DNA of 64,000 bases. It comes from Trichodelitschia bisporula. Lineage: Eukaryota. Below are positions 60,552-64,000 of the stretch, one piece after another. A model generated the notes under the pieces. That model ran no database searches. It was given only the letters and a program-made list of their open reading frames with translations, and had not been told where the DNA came from. Where the stretch lies: the NCBI GenBank assembly GCA_010356995.1, contig ML996703.1, positions 372,001 through 436,000 on the forward strand, given 5' to 3'. Each line of letters starts with the position of its first letter. Within the stretch, counting starts at the first letter, position 1. A program made the translations under genes and the position numbers.

Positions 60552-61356
60552 ATGTCCGCCCCCGAAAACCCAGTCGTGTTCTTCGACATAACCCTCGGAG
60601 GTACGTGCACCGCGCCGATCGGCAGACATCTCGGTCGCTCGCAATCTCGCTCCCCTTTTCCCGAGAGACATGGCTTTCAACGGTAGATGAGCCGCTGTCG
60701 CACAGGGCTAATTATGTTTTTTTCTGTCCGGGGAATTAGGTGAACCGCTGGGCCGCATCAAAATGGAGCTGTTCGCCGACGTTGTGCCCCGCACCGCGGA
60801 GAACTTCCGCCAGTTCTGCACGGGGGAGAGTAAGGGCCTGCAGGGTAGGCCGCAGGGGTACAAGGGGAGCAAATTTCATAGAGTGGTGAGTAGCTTTGCT
60901 GAAGCATTTTTCTTCATGTCTTTGGTGTTACGTGTGGTACGTCAATTGTATGGCGATGCTAAGCGGCCCAGATCAAAGACTTCATGATCCAAGGCGGCGA
61001 CTTCCTCCACGGCGATGGCACGGGCTCAACCTGCATCTACGGCACCAAGTCCTTCGCCGACGAGGGCTTCACGCTGACCCACGACAAGCCAGGCCTACTC
61101 AGTATGGCGGTACGTCCCCTCCTCCCCCTCCTCCCCCACCCCTCTAACTTCGACGCAGAACTCCGGCCCCAACACCAACGGCAGCCAATTCTTCATCACC
61201 ACCGTCCCAACCCCCTTCCTGAACAAGAAACACGTCGTCTTCGGCCGCGTCGTCGACGGCATGGACGTCGTGCACAAGGTCGAGCACACGCGCGTCATGA
61301 AGCCCGGCGATAGGCCGGTGACAGATGTGGTGATTGCGCAGTGTGGGGAGATGTAG
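60552..61356 (+). CDS. Peptidyl-prolyl cis-trans isomerase, cyclophilin H (U4/U6 snRNP-associated) type
   Basis: [73 protein letters not shown] and IAQCGEM*. Introns 60601-60739, 60886-60971 and 61110-61158. Confidence 0.9.
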
Positions 61357-62340
61357 CGTCTGTAGCCAACTCGCCAATACTCCAATTCAAGCCTGTGAAA
61401 AGGTAAGTAGTGCCACTGCCTCGAGACTCGACCCGCTTGCATCTGTACCACCAAATGTCTCTGTCTTGCCTTCCCGATGCAGTCCCGCGCAGCTCATGTT
61501 GCGTAACGTCACGCCGCCTGCCCCCCCCCCGTTTCGATTCGACGCATGCGCATACCGTACGCTGTATGTGCGCGTTCGACGAACGCGTTTGTTTTTGCGC
61601 GGCTCGTTTCAACACGTGTGGATGATCTCCAGTCTGATCGTCGTCGAGTCGAGTCAAGGCTGTTCCCCAGCCTCAAAGTTGATATCACGTGCCACACCCC
61701 CCTGGAACTTGTACCCTAAAAGTCCTTGCCGCAGCGGCCACGGTACTTTCCCGGTCGACTAGGCAGTCATATTCTTCACTCCATCCCTAGCCTCGCCTCG
61801 CCATCAGGCTTAATGATCCCCTCCCCCCAACCCCCATCAAGCCAGCACGAACGCAATATATTCATCCTCTACCCCCCACCCCTCCAAACCGCCTCGAACC
61901 CGCGCACCGGGCCCGCGCACCGAAACGGGTCGTTTCCCGAAGGGGTACTGGGAGTATTCGTTTAGGACCACTTTATCTGCGGGGCCCGTGCGCGTGTTGA
62001 GGGGCGGTCCGCGGGTTGGGGGCGGGTATATTACTCGTCGGTGGTACCGGTGGTTGGGACGGCGGTGTCGGTGGGGGGCACGTGGGGGGTTTACTGGCGG
62101 GGTTTGGGTGTGGAGGGGGTGGCGATGAGGTGGCGGATGCGGGTTGATATTACCGCTTCAACGGTCGGGGAGGCGGGTTGACAGCAGACAGGCAGCGCGG
62201 GTTTAACGGGGTCGGTTAACGGCACGTCTGCAGCGAGGAAGAAGCTTTTGATACTCATACCGAACCGCAAGTGTACATCATCCCATCGTCATAAGGTTCA
62301 CACTCTGGACCCGTACACCACCCCGCCTCTCAGCTGCCAT

Positions 62341-63299
62341 TTAGAAGAATTTACTCGCAAGGCCCATGAGCGGATTCCCCGCTGCGCCGGATGCAGCCCC
62401 GCCCCCGCTCACCTGGCTCTTCAGATACATCTTGAAGGCCATCTGCGCAGCCTGCGCGACGGCCGACTCCTTGGACTGTGCGGGTTGCTGCTCTCGTTAG
62501 CTTTGCGTCAACCGTCAAGGGAAAGACGTAGACTGACTGACGACCCCGCATTCTGCTTCTCCCACAGCTTACTCGCCTCGCCCATCGCCATGCCAATAAG
62601 CTGGTTATGCCCACCGGTCCCCGGCTCCCCCGCTTTCCCAGAGCCAGACGAGGTAAACATCTTGAGCGCCTGCATGGCCGCCGCAGCACCAATATCCCCC
62701 CCACCACTCCCACCCTGACCCCCGCCACCATAAACCTTCTGATGTTGCTTCACCATATCCTCCTCATCCAACCCCTCCTCCTGCAGCTTCCCCTTCTTCC
62801 CCGCAAGCATGCCGAGCACATTCCCAAACATTCCACTGTCCGCTGCATCGCCCGCATGCCGGGCAGCCGAGTTCGCCGCGCCCGAGAAGTCACTGTCGGA
62901 TTGACCTTCCTGAGGCCGGGGTGCGGGACGTCCGCCCTGCGGCCGCGAGGGCTCGTCTTCGTACCGCGCGCTGCTGTCGTAGTAGTTCCCGCCTACGCTG
63001 CCACCGCCACCGTATTCACGCTCTTCGGTAGGCCGCGTGTAGCCTGACCCACTACTGCTCTGGTGCGGTGCGGGACGGCCGCTGTTGCCGTAGCCTTCTG
63101 AGGGACGCTCGTCGCGGCTGTGGCCGCCTTGTTGGCCGTAACCGCCTTGCTGTCGGTCATCGCCCCCGTATCCACCTTGCTGCCGGTCCGAGTCGCGACC
63201 GTATCCGCCTTCTTGACGGCGTTCGTCCCGGTCATCACGACCATAGCCACCCTGTTGACGGTCGTCATCACGCCCATAACCGGATTGATTGTACGACAT
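62341..63299 (-). CDS. Gly/Gln-rich hydrophilic protein, 'beta-flanking protein'-like family
   Basis: N-terminal (QQGGYG.DD) repeats, then IGAAAAMQALKMF, LIGMAMGEASKLW and, after intron 62488-62537, KESAVAQAAQMAFKMYLKSQ...LMGLASKFF*. The family name is from recall. Confidence 0.75.
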
Positions 63300-64000
63300 G
63301 CTGGATGTAGTCTTGATCCTGATTAGCACAGTCCTGGCGAGGACGAGAGCCAAATTCGACGGAAAGCCCACTTTTTTATCACCGCAGAGGAATTGAAGTC
63401 AGATCTGGTCGTGAAATCAGCAAAGAGGGGTTCTGAGGGGTTAAATGGGAGCCTTCCCCTCTACCCCTCAGCCCCGCACCAGCTTCAGCCCAACTCCCCA
63501 CGGCGCCTTCCCCAGACGGCGGCCAATGACATCACATTGCACCGCCATACCCCCGCTAGCGTGCGTCATACCCGCTGCTGCGCGCGATCGGCCAAGAGAT
63601 CCGGTTGTCTTGGGACGGGCGCTCCGAGACCGCTGTTAAGGCGTCAATGGTTTACGGCGAGGGGTGTGTAAGCGGTGCAGCGTTGGATGGGCATCATGAG
63701 CTGCTAATGTTATCTAGGGCGAAGGCGGAGCAGAGTAGAGAGCTGTGTCTCTGGATGTTGGCCAGGATGCGGGATTCCGAGCTTCTGAAAACGAAGAGAA
63801 GTTGAGCTACAGTAAATGAGCAGGTTTGCATTGCGGCGAAAGACCCGCTAACGAAGCTATATACAGCTGAACTATAACCAAAACCTCCACATATAGCCTT
63901 TTCACGTAGCACACATGATACATCAAGAGCCAGACCCAGCTGACCCTTTCGGGCTCAGCCCAAATCGGCAACAAACTCCTCATCTAAATCCCCGAATCAT

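Noticed and set aside
62341..63299. Mating-type locus implied by the beta-flanking-like gene
   Set aside because: That linkage is described for agaricomycete HD loci. No homeodomain, HMG/alpha-box, APN2 or SLA2 gene is visible here.

Overview
This is gene-dense, GC-rich eukaryotic DNA from a filamentous ascomycete (Pezizomycotina). The basis is short GT-AG introns with CTRAC/CTAAC branch sites, a Zn2Cys6 domain and fungal-type orthologues; I cannot determine the species. It is mostly a housekeeping region with about 28 protein-coding loci. Recognisable orthologues are SEC10, NUS1, cystathionine gamma-lyase, RPS15, RPP2, SPT2, LRP1/RRP47, RRP40, OSH3, RTF1, COQ7, mitochondrial SerRS, GPI8 and cyclophilin H. 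Family-level calls are a ketopantoate reductase, a TRI12-like MFS transporter, an eIF-2B-like isomerase fold, a CE16 esterase, a MOT1-like molybdate transporter, a DsbA-like protein, a fumarate reductase-cytochrome b5 fusion, a GPI wall protein, a ZIP transporter, a RING-H2 ligase and a beta-flanking-like protein. There are three tRNA genes (Leu-CAG, intron-containing Ala-CGC and Trp-CCA) and a U2 snRNA gene. I found no transposon, CRISPR, rRNA or secondary-metabolite cluster, and no convincing novel multi-gene system. The best leads are at the level of gene structure: (i) three ORFs at 1-6226 that appear to be one giant gene joined by an optional intron and a G12 frameshift; (ii) a 28-nt (or 37-nt) intron in SEC10; (iii) a Zn-cluster gene with an apparently dead splice donor; (iv) a possible splice/ATG switch for mitochondrial targeting of the ketopantoate reductase; (v) an intron built from tandem branch sites; (vi) a recurring C-rich 5' to G-rich 3' polarity within genes. 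All exon boundaries were inferred by eye and all family calls come from recalled motifs, not database searches.
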